The notes under the pieces are model-generated. The model was not told where the DNA came from and did not search any database. It saw only the letters and a list, made by a program, of their open reading frames with translations. A DNA stretch of 64,000 nt from Eledone cirrhosa (lineage: Eukaryota), in assembly GCA_964016885.1 (NCBI GenBank), contig OZ024749.1:27342001-27406000 (forward strand). The letters run 5' to 3'. The number at the start of each line of letters is the position of its first letter. The stretch's first letter is position 1. Made by a program: the position numbers and the translations under genes. Positions 30,873-40,828 of the stretch are shown here, piece after piece.

Positions 30873-31990
30873 ATATTAACAAATGGAAACTATATTTATA
30901 AAACCATATTTATTTCATTATACATATTTCAAGGGCCACCATGGCAAACTATGGTGCACTTTCATCAGATAAAATATAATATAGGTTAGTTTTATAAATA
31001 AATATTGACATACCTTGAAAAAATGCAACCATTCTGGTTGCAGGAGATTCCAACCAGAATGGTTGCATTTTTTCAGGGTATGTCAATATTTATTTATAAA
31101 ATTAACCTATATTATATTTTATCTGATGGAAGCGCACCATAGTTTGCCTTTATGGCCGTTGAAATATGTATAATGAAATAAATATGGTTTTATAAATATA
31201 GTTTCCATTTATTAATATATTGTATATTTACTCCAATAATTTGTTGAGTGCTTTATATCAGTTATAAAAATATTTTGCTTGTTGTATCCCAACAAATTAA
31301 ATATAACCTCTACATATATATATATATTTAATTAATTAGAAATGCTTACCTAACCTAGGTTTCCCAAGCAATCACCCATCTAAATACTATGTACAGGGCA
31401 TTCCTAGTGATTTCATATGAATGAAACAGTTCTAGTCCTTTAAAAATCATTTCTATATAAAATATGTTTACACTTTACTAATGTATTGAGTACTTTTTTA
31501 ACTGTGGTTAGCCCCAATTTAACTCAGGATCCACACTCACACACATACGTGTGTGTATAAGTTGCACCACACTACGTTAAAATCCAGTATGGGACTTATC
31601 TCCTCAATCCAAAATATATGGTACATTGTAAATGTATGTTAAAAAGGAGGTGCGACTTATCCGGTGGCACCTCTCATACAAGAGAATATGCGATACACAA
31701 TCACACATTTTATATACAGTGTGTGTGAGAGAGTCAGTGTATATATATATATATATATATATATAGTAGAATAATCGAGTATCGAAAAATCGGCGCACGA
31801 GTTCACGATAAACAAAATTCGAGATGAGCGGCAGAGGGCTCCATAATTCAGATAAATCAGAGCTATAACTATCGTTAAAATACCGTCACACGTAGAATAT
31901 GTCTACAATCAACCATACGACCGAAAAATTGCGATATGGAAGATTCGGGACACTCAGATAAATTATCAATAAATCAACAAATCAAATGAA

Positions 31991-32042
<52 letters not shown>

Positions 32043-32560
32043 CTTTATTAGCCACAAGGGCGCAACAAGAAAGGGGACAATACAAAGACATGACGGGGAT
32101 TTTACATACAGTCGTGTAAAAAATATATATATAGATGTTATTTATTCATTCTGACGACTGAAGACAGACAACATCTGCCTTCAAGAAACCACTGGTAAAT
32201 GAAATAATTATCTTATGTTGTTTATACATAACTATATATATAAAGTTTGTGGGAGTGCTATTGTTTAATCCCGAAACAACAGCTGTTGAAACGATGACGT
32301 TGCATAGACGAGAGACAGACGGGGAGGTGTGGGTGGAAGAGGGGAATTTTGACGGACGTCATGTTTTCAACATGATTTTGTTCCCAGCTGTCACACACAC
32401 GCATAATATATATATATAGTATTAAAAAGATCGGAGGCAATAATCAGTTGATTCAGGTTTATTTAAAATTCCATTATACATATTTCGCTGAGGAACTATC
32501 AATTATGACAATCTGAGCTCTTCAGACAGCAAAACCTATAAAAACATTAAAACTTTCCCA

Positions 32561-32631
<71 letters not shown>

Positions 32632-33384
32632 CTTCTACAGGACTAGAACTGTTTCATTCGGGAGAAATCATCAGATTTCTCCCGAATGAAACAGTTCTAG
32701 TCTTTTCTATATTAAATAGAAATACAGTAGAAGCCTTTTCTATATTAAATATTTATACTCTGCTTTGTATTGAGTACCTTACTTACTGTGGTTACCCCCG
32801 ATTGAACCCGGGATAAACTTATATATATATATATATAATATAGAAATGGCTTCTACAGAACTAGAACTGTTTCATTCGAAGGAAATCAACGTGTATTGAG
32901 TACATTACTTAGTGTGGTTACCCCTTATTGAACCCGTGATACAGAGAGAGAGAGAGGGGGGGGGGAGCTTTAGGTTACTGTTGGCTCACCAACTTGAGCA
33001 CTGTGTAGGTAGGTCCGTTAAGTCTAGTATTGGTGTTACACATTTGGTGTTAAACTATGGTCGGTTGGTCGGTTTCCCTCATAAGCCTGTATGCGGATAT
33101 CTCCAATCATTTACGAACCAAGATTTTAATGAGCCTTTGATTACAAAGTTGGGCCAAATCGATATACTTTGAAACACGAGCTGATCCAAAGCGAAACGCG
33201 CGTCACACCTGAATAAACTTAGTGGTGATACATCTCGTTCCTACTTATTTTTAATTATATATATATATATCCATGCATACATACAGGGTGTTCCAAAACG
33301 TGTATACACACTTCAACAGCATTCTAATAAATTTTTATACACTTTTGGGGACACACTGTATGTATATATATATATATGTATATG

Positions 33385-33415
<31 letters not shown>

Positions 33416-33580
33416 ATTGTTACTGAGACTGTTTCGAAACTTATTGGATATTGAGCACTCGCTTCTCATGTTTGAAAACACGCACACACACTCATATATA
33501 TATATATACATATATGAGACAAGATCGAAATAATTGCGTTGGCTTCTGTGCCTTTGGCACTATATCGATTGAAATTCCCC

Positions 33581-33612
<32 letters not shown>

Positions 33613-34081
33613 GATACAGAGTGGTAACTGCGTTGAATGATATATAGTGATAAAAAAGAACACTGCTTTTAAAGACGAAACGTGTCAACAATAACAAATA
33701 TACAAAATGGCAAACATTTTGGGTGGTAAAGAAACAAGTTCATTAACTATTATGCCACAAAGCAATACGTATACATATACACACACGTGTACACACACAC
33801 ACACATGTATGTAAATACACATGTATATATACACACACACACATATATATCAAGTATTCACATGCATGTATGCATGCATGTTTATATATATATATACATG
33901 TGTGTGTGTGTGTGTGTGTGATAGCTGACTGCTACAAAAGTGCTGTTGTTCCATTTCTACGATTTATAGGAAACATATATATATCAAGAATTCACATGTA
34001 TGCATGTTTATATATATATATGTGTGTGTGTGTATGTGTGATAGCTGATTGCTACTGTATCACTTCTACGAGTTGTTGGAA

Positions 34082-34125
<44 letters not shown>

Positions 34126-37100
34126 GGAAAGTTATATTTAAATTGTTGGGTTACAACTAGTAAATATTTATAACTGATATAAAAGCACTCGACAAGTATT
34201 TGGAGTATATTTACGATATTAAATAAATGGAAACTTTATTTATAAAACCATATTTATTTCATTATATATATTTCAGGGATATCATATTAACAATATGCTA
34301 TGCCTTCCTCAGACAAAATCTTGTCTGAGGAAGGCATAGCATATTGTTAATATGATATCCCTGAAATATATATAATGAAATAAATATGGTTTTATAAATA
34401 TAGTTTCCATTTATTTAATATCGTATATATATATATATATATATATACAGGGTGTCTAAAAATGTATTCACACACTGCAACAGAATTCTAATAAATATGT
34501 GTGTACATTTTTTTGAGACACCCTGTATGTATATTTATATATATACCGAGGTTGTGTTATATAGGGAATGAGAACTCAGTTTACACTGGGAGGGGTGGTG
34601 GTGAGTGTACGTGTGATATGTTTACTCTTCCCATCTAGGCATCTACCCTGCCTCCACCCAGCCATCTACCCAACCAGCCACCCCACCACACACCCATCTA
34701 TCTACTTACCTATCCACCCATCCATCAATCCACCCTGCCTTCTTCAATGAACTAGTAACTAGATAAAATAAAATAAGGGATATACCACGTTACATGATTA
34801 GGGGAGGGGGTGGTCTGAAATAAGGGATATACCTCATCTTTAGGGGAGAGGGGTTATGAAACACCAGAGAGAAGGGAGCTGGTCTAAAATAAGGGATATA
34901 CCTCGTTACATCATTAGGGGAGGGGGTGGTCTGAAATAAGGGATATACCTCATCCTTAGGGGAGAGGGGTTATGAAACATCAGAGAGAAGGGAGCTGGTC
35001 TAAAATAAGGGATATACCTCGTTACATCATTAGGGGAGGGGGTGGTCTGAAATAAGGGATATACCTCATCCTTAGGGGAGAGGGGTTATGAAACATCAGA
35101 GAGAAGGGAGCTGGTCTAAAATAAGGGATATACCTCGTTACATCATTAGGGGAGGGGGTGGTCTGAAATAAGGGATATACCTCATCCTTAGGGGAGAGGG
35201 GTTATGAAACATCAGAGAGAAGGGAGCTGGTCTGTACTAAGGGATATACATCATTAGGAGAGGGCTATAAAACACCAGAGAGAAGGGGACTGGTCTGTAA
35301 TAAGGGATATACCCCATGTATTCACAATGGAACAGAGGTGGGGTTTGACTAGGATATATTGTACAATGCCACATTATAAGGGTCAGCAGTGTAAGGGAGT
35401 CCGTAGTTAGGGATATATTGCACAATGACAAAGGACCAGTGTAGTTGGGTCTGTAGTTAGGGATATATTGTAGAATGACATAAGGGACCAGTGTAGTGGG
35501 GGCTGTAGTTAGGGATATATTGTACAATGACACAAGGGACCAGTGTAGTGGGGTTGTCTATAGTTAGGGATGTATTGTACAATGACATAAGGGACCAGTA
35601 GTGTGGGGGCTGTAATTAGGGATATATTGTACAATGACATAAGGGACCAGTGTAGTGAGGTTATCAGTAGTTAGGGATATATTGTACAATGTCATAAGTA
35701 GAGGAGGGTGGCACCTGCATATAGGGGTTGTCTATAATAAGGGATATAATATACAATGTCACATAAGGGAGGTGATACCAGTGTAGGGGATGGTCTGTAA
35801 GTAATAAGGGATATAATATACAATGTCACATAAGGGAGGTGATACCAGTGTAGGGGATGGTCTGTAAGTAATAAGGGATATAATATACAATGTCACATAA
35901 GGGAGGTGATACCAGTGTAGGGGATGGTCTGTAAGTAATAAGGGATATATACATCGTTATATGTGGGACACCAGTGTGGTGGTGGGGTCTGTAATAAGGG
36001 ATCTATACATCGTTATATATGGTGGTGGAGTCTGTAATAAAGGATATAGCATCATTATATGTGGTGTGGGTCACCAATGTGGTGGGGTCTGTAATAAGGA
36101 ATCTATACATCGTTATATATGACGGGGACACCAATGTGGTGGAGTCTGTAATAAGGGATATATACATCGTTATATGTGATGGGGGTCATCAATGTGGTGG
36201 TGGTGGTGGGGCCTGTAATAAGAGATATATACATCGTTATATGTGGTTGGGTCTGTAATGAGGGATATATACATCGTTATATGGTGGGGTCACCAATGTA
36301 GGGAGGTGGTTGTTGGGATCCGTAATACGGGTTATATGACAGCACATCAGTGGTGGTAAGGGTGAAACACCACAGAACAGGGACCTGGTTTGGGTGGTCA
36401 TTCTATTAATGTCACTGAGAGATGCCTCATCCTTTATAAATTATTTACAGAACTATACATGACATGCATTCCATATACATTACATACACATATATATTAC
36501 AACATACATAATATATATATACACACATTCAACAGTAAACATATGCATTCCACATATACATACATTACAGATATATACATAGATATTATATATATATACA
36601 TGCACACATACATTAAACACACACTCAACATATACATATATTACACACACAAGTACATTTCATGCGTATGTACATTTCAGATATATACATACAGACTCAC
36701 ATTCATACGTTAAAAATATAGATTCCATATACATACATTATATATATATATACATACACACACACATTCCAGATGTACATAGATTACAGATATATACATA
36801 CATGTACGTTACACGTATACATACAACATATACGCATTACATACACATACATTACACACACGATACACATTACATACACATGCATACAGCATTACATATA
36901 CACACACGATATATATAACATACACACACGCACGATACATATTACATACATACACGCGATACATATTACATACACATACATACGGTACCCATTACATACA
37001 TTACATATACATTAAATACCCAGTACAAAGATGGTGCTGTTCGTATTATATATTTCTTCTTACAGACGTATATTTCTTTAAAAACAGTATTTCTATATTT

Positions 37101-38123
37101 ATTTCTATTTTTTTTTTCAGATATGAAATTCCTGATGATGGCCGTGGTTGCTTTTCTACAGATACCCTCAACATTCAACCAAAACTTACCAGGGATGGAC
37201 ATGACCACAGAATATATCAAGACTATATGACATATATACATGTTTTTCTCTTGACCTTTCGTTACCATATTCCTAATGAAAGACACTGCTTGTAATTTTT
37301 AATTTAGAAAAATAATCAAGAATTTACAGTGATTTAGTAACATTAGTAACATAACCAACTCCCTCATTATCGAGTTGGTATTTGGAACATAACTTAAAAA
37401 GCTTCTTAAATATAATTATGCTGGAATGTTTTTAGATAAATATAAACACTTTAATCCTTTCGTTACCATATTTTTTTCTAGTGGTTTGGTATGAAAATGG
37501 TTAAACCATGGGACGTGGAAATTATAGTAAATCAGGCCATGGACTGGAGCCTGGGTCAACAGTTTTACAATAGGTCTACTACAATATAGTTGAACTATAA
37601 CACATTTATAATTATTTACACCTATAATAATGATGACGATGATGATGATGATGAGCAGGAGCAGAGCAGATGTTATGATCGAATAGAGATTCCTTAAAGC
37701 CATGCCTCGTTCTTTTATTTATCAAAACTGCTGGCGTTAACCTCGTATTTCAATTATAGAATATTGATTTTGAAAAAAAAGCAACTAAGCTAATGTATGT
37801 TGTGCGAAGATATAATAATCTAAACACATGTAAATGATCATAAAAAACAATTTGGTGATGATGATGATACACATGAACACAAACATATATATAGATATAT
37901 ACACACACATATCTATATAATATATACATAGATGTACATCTATATGTATATATACACATATATGCATATATGTGTAACACATATGTATATATTTTCTATA
38001 TATATATATATGCATTTATATATAGAAAATATATACATATGTGTATAGACATATGCGTGTTTGCACATATATATATAAATGTGTTTGTGTGACACGTATG
38101 TGTCTATACATACACGTATGTAT

Positions 38124-38169
<46 letters not shown>

Positions 38170-38311
38170 TTTGTTCAGCCTTACCTTTCGGTTGTAGTTT
38201 AGGCATCCTTTCCAACAAAGCCTTTTTCTGAGACTTGGTCAACACTTCATTCTTTGCTTTTTTACTTTTGTTGCCCTTCACCACCTCCCAGGAACCCACT
38301 GACGTAGCCAT
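694..38311 (-). CDS. TMEM214: TMEM214 (ER transmembrane protein 214) orthologue, spliced gene span; 14 coding exons in window, 3' end beyond the left edge
   Basis: Exons chain in frame with GT-AG sites and compatible phases. Peptides match remembered TMEM214 motifs: GSWEVVK, FPDNPDVWLKDLSSYIN, LLKSHQNRP..ILWALGQAGF, FFPSYL, WQQMYPKHMKQS, FPW followed by a TM helix. Confidence 0.93.
1150..1246 (-). CDS. TMEM214: TMEM214 exon 13 (GSQTVQFLERNGVLDASMQTWQRIEFYSFKTR)
   Basis: gtgtag acceptor, GTAAGT donor, 97 nt, phase 1 to 2. Confidence 0.88.
3000..3370 (-). mobile_element. 5'-truncated RTE-type LINE 3'UTR with (GAT)n tail
   Basis: Near-identical to 55770-56228 and 14360-14622. Confidence 0.75.
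3427..3544 (-). CDS. TMEM214: TMEM214 exon 12 (DLMQKMTQPQFPWSYVVLFIISSLVSLFFIDVYLGGSFK; TM helix)
   Basis: ttgcag acceptor, AAG|GTAACG donor, 118 nt, phase 0 to 1; hydrophobic segment after FPW. Confidence 0.92.
4097..4705 (-). mobile_element. RTE-clade LINE reverse transcriptase fragment
   Basis: ORF 4085-4606: QFGF, FVDLEKAFDRVPR, VHQGSVLSPLLF, LLYADDL. Confidence 0.9.
4716..5052 (-). mobile_element. tRNA-derived SINE family A (RTE-type tail)
   Basis: Reverse complement of 62363-62705; box A TGGCTTAGTGG, box B GTTCAATTC, (GAT)n tail. Confidence 0.85.
5188..5252 (+). ncRNA. Type I hammerhead ribozyme motif, family A
   Basis: TATTTTAT-CTGATGA-stem II-GAAA-TATATA-TA-ATAAAATA: perfect 8-bp helix I, intact core, palindromic helix III. 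Confidence 0.8.
5474..5624 (-). CDS. TMEM214: TMEM214 exon 11 (ILMTCLFENWKKISRE...MSICK)
   Basis: tttctag acceptor, AAG|GTAAGT donor, 151 nt, phase 2 to 0. Confidence 0.9.
7014..7105 (-). CDS. TMEM214: TMEM214 exon 10 (LLASLVRCLLKDDHCFSLWQQMYPKHMKQS)
   Basis: ttgtag acceptor, GTAGGT donor, 92 nt, phase 0 to 2; WxQxYPKH motif. Confidence 0.92.
8420..8521 (-). CDS. TMEM214: TMEM214 exon 9 (IITYGPNPEKTLRSFFPSYLTRLNSTCSQALKTE)
   Basis: AG/GT flanks, 102 nt, phase 0 to 0. Confidence 0.92.
9250..9391 (-). CDS. TMEM214: TMEM214 exon 8 (IHKNLSSAYGVISTKEYFYILDLIY...NAKLK)
   Basis: tcttcag acceptor, AAG|GTAAAT donor, 142 nt, phase 2 to 0. Confidence 0.9.
10240..13350. repeat. About 3 kb minisatellite, 22-bp unit GGTATATGTCA(TG/CA)ATCTACTGT
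   Basis: Directly visible tandem array in TMEM214 intron 7; degenerate at both edges. Confidence 0.97.
14239..14326 (-). CDS. TMEM214: TMEM214 exon 7 (IWMELMISSLGFRTITVASYPVDYLETLF)
   Basis: tttccag acceptor, CAG|GTAAAT donor, 88 nt, phase 1 to 2. Confidence 0.9.
14360..14622 (+). mobile_element. 5'-truncated RTE-type 3' end with (GAT)n tail, just upstream of the TMEM214 exon 7 acceptor
   Basis: Near-identical to 55970-56228. Confidence 0.75.
14764..15444. mobile_element. Fold-back element carrying family A hammerhead motif (intact copy + strand 15338-15402)
   Basis: Arms at about 14850-15102 and 15211-15444 are reverse complements; flanked by (TA)n. Confidence 0.75.
15490..15882. mobile_element. 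Fold-back element with family A hammerhead on both arms (+ 15780-15840; - about 15608-15668)
   Basis: Inverted arms at about 15584-15692 and 15757-15864; CTGATGA at 15788, GAAA at 15821. Confidence 0.75.
15952..16272 (+). mobile_element. Dispersed non-autonomous repeat, possibly Helitron-like (second copy 27722-28086)
   Basis: Two homologous copies, both ending in a CCCC...GGGG hairpin followed by CTA/CTGG. Confidence 0.45.
16329..16618 (+). mobile_element. tRNA-derived SINE family A (internal deletion)
   Basis: Same head and tail as 62363-62705. Confidence 0.85.
16831..16936 (-). CDS. TMEM214: TMEM214 exon 6 (YMELLKSHQNRPLRCSAILWALGQAGFKDLSTGLR)
   Basis: ttcacag acceptor, GTAAGT donor, 106 nt, phase 0 to 1; WALGQAGF motif. 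Confidence 0.95.
17359..17441 (-). CDS. TMEM214: TMEM214 exon 5 (GLSTYGYRIFIQLLAREEPDLVISKLPQ)
   Basis: ttgcag acceptor, CAG|GTAAGG donor, 83 nt, phase 1 to 0; GYRIxIQ motif. Confidence 0.92.
17992..18123 (-). CDS. TMEM214: TMEM214 exon 4 (DFPLCVLRGDVKRFLL...MLNESAK)
   Basis: gacag acceptor, GTGAGT donor, 132 nt, phase 1 to 1. Confidence 0.9.
19190..19343 (-). CDS. TMEM214: TMEM214 exon 3 (IDKATIEQILIKDQNMFPDNPDVWLKDLSSYINVQLEK...KPK)
   Basis: AG/GT flanks, 154 nt, phase 0 to 1; WLKDL motif. Confidence 0.92.
19428..19610 (-). mobile_element. tRNA-derived SINE family B (other copies about 893-985, 17110-17290, 18225-18445, 18935-19150, 21425-21605)
   Basis: Head GGCAGTATCGGTAGAG...GAGTTCAAATCC, core GCCTTTCATCCTTACGGGGTCGATAAAATAAAGTACCAG, 3' end CCTTGTGCCTAAAAGTAGAAACAATTATT. 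Confidence 0.8.
20643..20890 (-). CDS. TMEM214: TMEM214 exon 2 (DNSASDRTIFEAFLANKK...poly-Asn...LSIEDAINQ)
   Basis: Acceptor ttttgtag, donor CAG|GTAAAA; 248 nt, phase 1 to 0. Confidence 0.88.
21810..23240. repeat. GT/G-rich minisatellite (57-bp unit and variants with higher-order arrangement)
   Basis: Tandem GTGGTGGAGTGGTGTTGGTACAACAGTGGGTGTAGTGGTGATGTAGG... Confidence 0.95.
25960..26460. repeat. Minisatellite, about 33-bp unit (ATACCAAGTTGGTCAGGTAGTGCAGTAGTATT..)
   Basis: Visible tandem copies. Confidence 0.9.
28822..28903 (-). ncRNA. Hammerhead-like motif with long helix II and one core substitution (CUGGUGA)
   Basis: ACTCC-CTGGTGA-CGTAAGG...CCTTACA-GAAA-CTAATTAG-TA-GGAGT; overlaps a direct repeat (28764-28836 / 29289-29366). 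Confidence 0.6.
29590..29902. repeat. 41-bp minisatellite (CTGCTAGAAATAGCAGCCAATTCTACAGCGTTACCAGACTT)
   Basis: Visible tandem copies. Confidence 0.9.
29935..30163. mobile_element. piggyBac-like MITE
   Basis: Ends CCCTTTCAATAC / GTAATGAAAGGG with CTAA/TTAA flanks; related fragments near 5660, 23760, 37255-37470, 55130, 58520. Confidence 0.55.
30867..31312. mobile_element. Fold-back element with family A hammerhead arms
   Basis: Arms at about 30867-31039 and 31051-31225 are inverted. Minus arm has the core CTGATGA; plus arm has CTGATGG. Confidence 0.75.
32145..32203 (+). ncRNA. Type I hammerhead ribozyme motif (CUGACGA core)
   Basis: TTCATT-CTGACGA-CTGAAGACAGA caaca TCTGCCTTCAA-GAAA-CCACTGG-TA-AATGAA; all three helices can form. 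Confidence 0.75.
32471..32529 (-). ncRNA. Type I hammerhead ribozyme motif (CUGAAGA core)
   Basis: CTGT-CTGAAGA-GCT...AGC-GAAA-TATGTA-TA-ATGG; short wobble-rich helix I. Confidence 0.6.
32628..32818. mobile_element. Short fold-back element of hammerhead family B in (TA)n
   Basis: GACTAGAACTGTTTCATTCGGGAGAAATC followed at once by its reverse complement; tail nearly identical to the reverse complement of 54541-54620. Confidence 0.7.
33284..33358. mobile_element. About 75-bp Tc1/mariner-type MITE (second copy 34448-34525)
   Basis: TA|CAGGGTG...CAC(A/C)CTG|TA terminal inverted repeats in both copies. Confidence 0.75.
34126..34425. mobile_element. Near-perfect fold-back element with family A hammerhead (CUGAGGA core) on both arms
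   Basis: Arms at about 34212-34317 and 34321-34424 with a loop of only a few nt; CTGAGGA at 34325, GAAA at 34363. Confidence 0.78.
34780..36340. repeat. Compound minisatellite region (116-bp unit, then shorter units, all sharing AGGGATATA)
   Basis: Visible tandem copies at 34891, 35007, 35123 and onward. Confidence 0.88.
38185..38311 (-). CDS. TMEM214: TMEM214 coding exon 1 (MATSVGSWEVVKGNK...MPKLQPK)
   Basis: ATG at 38311 in AAGATGG context; donor AAG|GTAAGG; 127 nt, ends phase 1. Confidence 0.9.
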
Positions 38312-38405
38312 CTTGAAGGGAAGAAGATTGTATTTTTGTTGTGTTAAAAAAATCAAGGATCTGTCACGCTCCGTTAAACGTTTACCTGGTGTGTTGGTGA
38401 CCTCC

Positions 38406-38413
38406 TCACGTCA
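38406..38413 (-). promoter_or_regulatory. UPRE/CRE-like TGACGTGA about 95 nt upstream of the TMEM214 ATG
   Basis: Matches the TGACGTG(G/A) consensus; a full CRE palindrome TGACGTCA also lies at 39235-39242. Confidence 0.35.
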
Positions 38414-40099
38414 CGGACAGACGATTAGACAGACACTGAAAGAGAGAGGAGGAGAGTGAGTGTTAGCAGGAGGAGTGAGAGCGAAAGAGAGAGGGAGTGT
38501 GTGTATGTTAGCAGGAGGCTGGTAGTGAAAGATAGTTTATTAGAAGGAGTAAAATAAAAAAGAGAGAGTAAGATAGGCTGGGTGAGTATTAGAAGGAGGA
38601 GTGAGAAATGTGTTAGTAGGAGGCGTAGAATTGATAGACTATAAGAAGAGAAAGAGAGCGTGTAAAAGCAGGAGGACTGAAAGTAAGAAAGAAAGAGTAA
38701 AATAGTAAGGGAGTATTAGAATGAGGAGTAGAAGTAGGAGAGAAAGTATTAATCAAGCAGTAGGAGCGTATTGGGATGAATCTTAGTAAGATGCAGAGAG
38801 AAAATATTGGTAAAACAGTGAGAGAGAGTATTAGGAGCTAGAGTAGTAGTAAGAGAGAAAGTAAAGCTGTAGGAGAGTATTGGGAAGGGGAGAGGTAGTA
38901 AAAGAGAGAAAGAAAGTATAAAGAGAGTATTGGAAGAGTAAAAATCTAAGAGAGAGAAAGATAGAAAGTTAGATTTAGTGTAGTAGACGAATCGGAAGTA
39001 TGACATAAAGGGAGATAATACTAGAAAGAGAGAATGACAGTATATACTGAAAGAGAGAAAAAAAATGTACGTGATACACACACACACATATATATACATA
39101 TATGGGGAGTGTGCGTGTGTATGAGTACTACCAGGGAGGTGAAAGAGAGAGAGGGCTTAACAATTGAAGTGGGAGAGAGGGAAGGAAGGTATTTTACTAT
39201 GGGGAGAGAAAGAGTAAGAATGTACATGAGTGTGTGACGTCACTCACAACCGGCCATGCCTTAAGACCACGTGTCTTTAACTCTTTGGAAGAGGAGGGGC
39301 AGTTGGAGCAATATCATGATGAGGGTAGCAATTTGATGTTACATGAAAAGGGGAGGAAGAGATTGGGTGATGGTGGTCGGGGGGAAGAGAGACTGATATG
39401 GGGGGTATTATGGTGGTGAAGGGAGCGAATCGGGTATTATGGTGGCAGGGGCGAATCGGAGATAGTGGTGGAGGGGGCGAAGCGGTGATAGTTGAGAGGA
39501 AAATGGTAGTTAAAAGAGGATTAGCGTTAGAGGGAGGGGTATATAAAAGAAGGGGAGTATGGTAGATATTGTGTACGTGAGGAGAGGAATTTGTATATCT
39601 CTCTGTTTACCGTCTACTTCATAAGGCTTCGCCATGTGTTAGTTGTATGGAGGGGAAAAAACAGTAGCTTACTATTAAGAATGTCCTATTTGAGGATTCT
39701 ATTAAAGTGAACATGAAATTTACAGAGGGAAAATCGGAAAACATAACGAAGTGGCTTATTTTGTGTATATACGCTGCCACAAGTATACGTTGTGTATTTT
39801 CTGTTTTCAACAGTTACCGTTTTTCTATGTTAACTAAAAATTCCAGAATTTAATAAATATTCTTTATTGTACCTAAGTTTTGTTGCTCTGGAGTTTCACT
39901 TGTGTACTCATTTATTGATTTTATTTATCAATGCTGGTGATGGACTGGCATCCTGTCCAGGGGTAGTTTTGTACCCCCTCTATCTATCTATATATCTATC
40001 TATCTATCTATCTATCTGTATCTCTGCTGCTTAACGCAAATAGAAGTGGGATAAGCATCAGCCTGTTGAGTCTTCATTTTTAATTTTACGAAAATAAGT

Positions 40100-40435
40100 A
40101 ACACCACCACAACTACTAACACCACTACTAACACCACCACACCATCATCACCTCCACCACCATCACCACTACCAACATCATCACCAACACCACAACCACC
40201 ACCATCAACACCTTCACCACTACCACCAACATCACCACCAACATCACAACCACCAACACCATCACCACTACCACCACCTTCACCATCACCACCACCACCA
40301 CCAACACCACCACCATCACTACCACCACCATCACCACAGCCACCACCATGAACACCACTACCACTACAATCACCACCACCACCACCATCCCACCACTACC
40401 ATCACCATCACCACAATCACTGCCACCACTGTCCA
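40100..40435. repeat. (CAC/CAT)n low-complexity tract
   Basis: Directly visible. Confidence 0.95.
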
Positions 40436-40650
40436 CTTAAAAATATCCTAATGAGTGGCAATCAAACATCAACTCGTTAACTTCCCTGTGATTATCTTCA
40501 GTTTGTTTTGATGACAACTTTCCAGTCAATTGATTATTTCTTAATTATCAAGTAGCAAGACTGCAGTGGATTGGCGGAGTCAGTAGAGCATAGCGGTTAA
40601 ATGTCTTACAGTATTTGTTCTAGTGCTTCATATGGCGAGTTCAAATCCCA

Positions 40651-40684
<34 letters not shown>

Positions 40685-40828
40685 ATTTCTGCATATATAT
40701 ATATATGCAGAAATTGTTGGGATTCAACAAGCTTAAAAGTTTTATAACTGATATAAAGCACTCAACAGTTTACTGGAGTAAATATTCAATATATTAATAA
40801 ATGGAAACTATATTTATAAAACCATAAT

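Noticed and set aside
37128-37200. CTGATGA-TGG...CCA-AAAC possible hammerhead
   Set aside because: G12 is missing and helices I/III are unconvincing; could be chance in AT-rich DNA.
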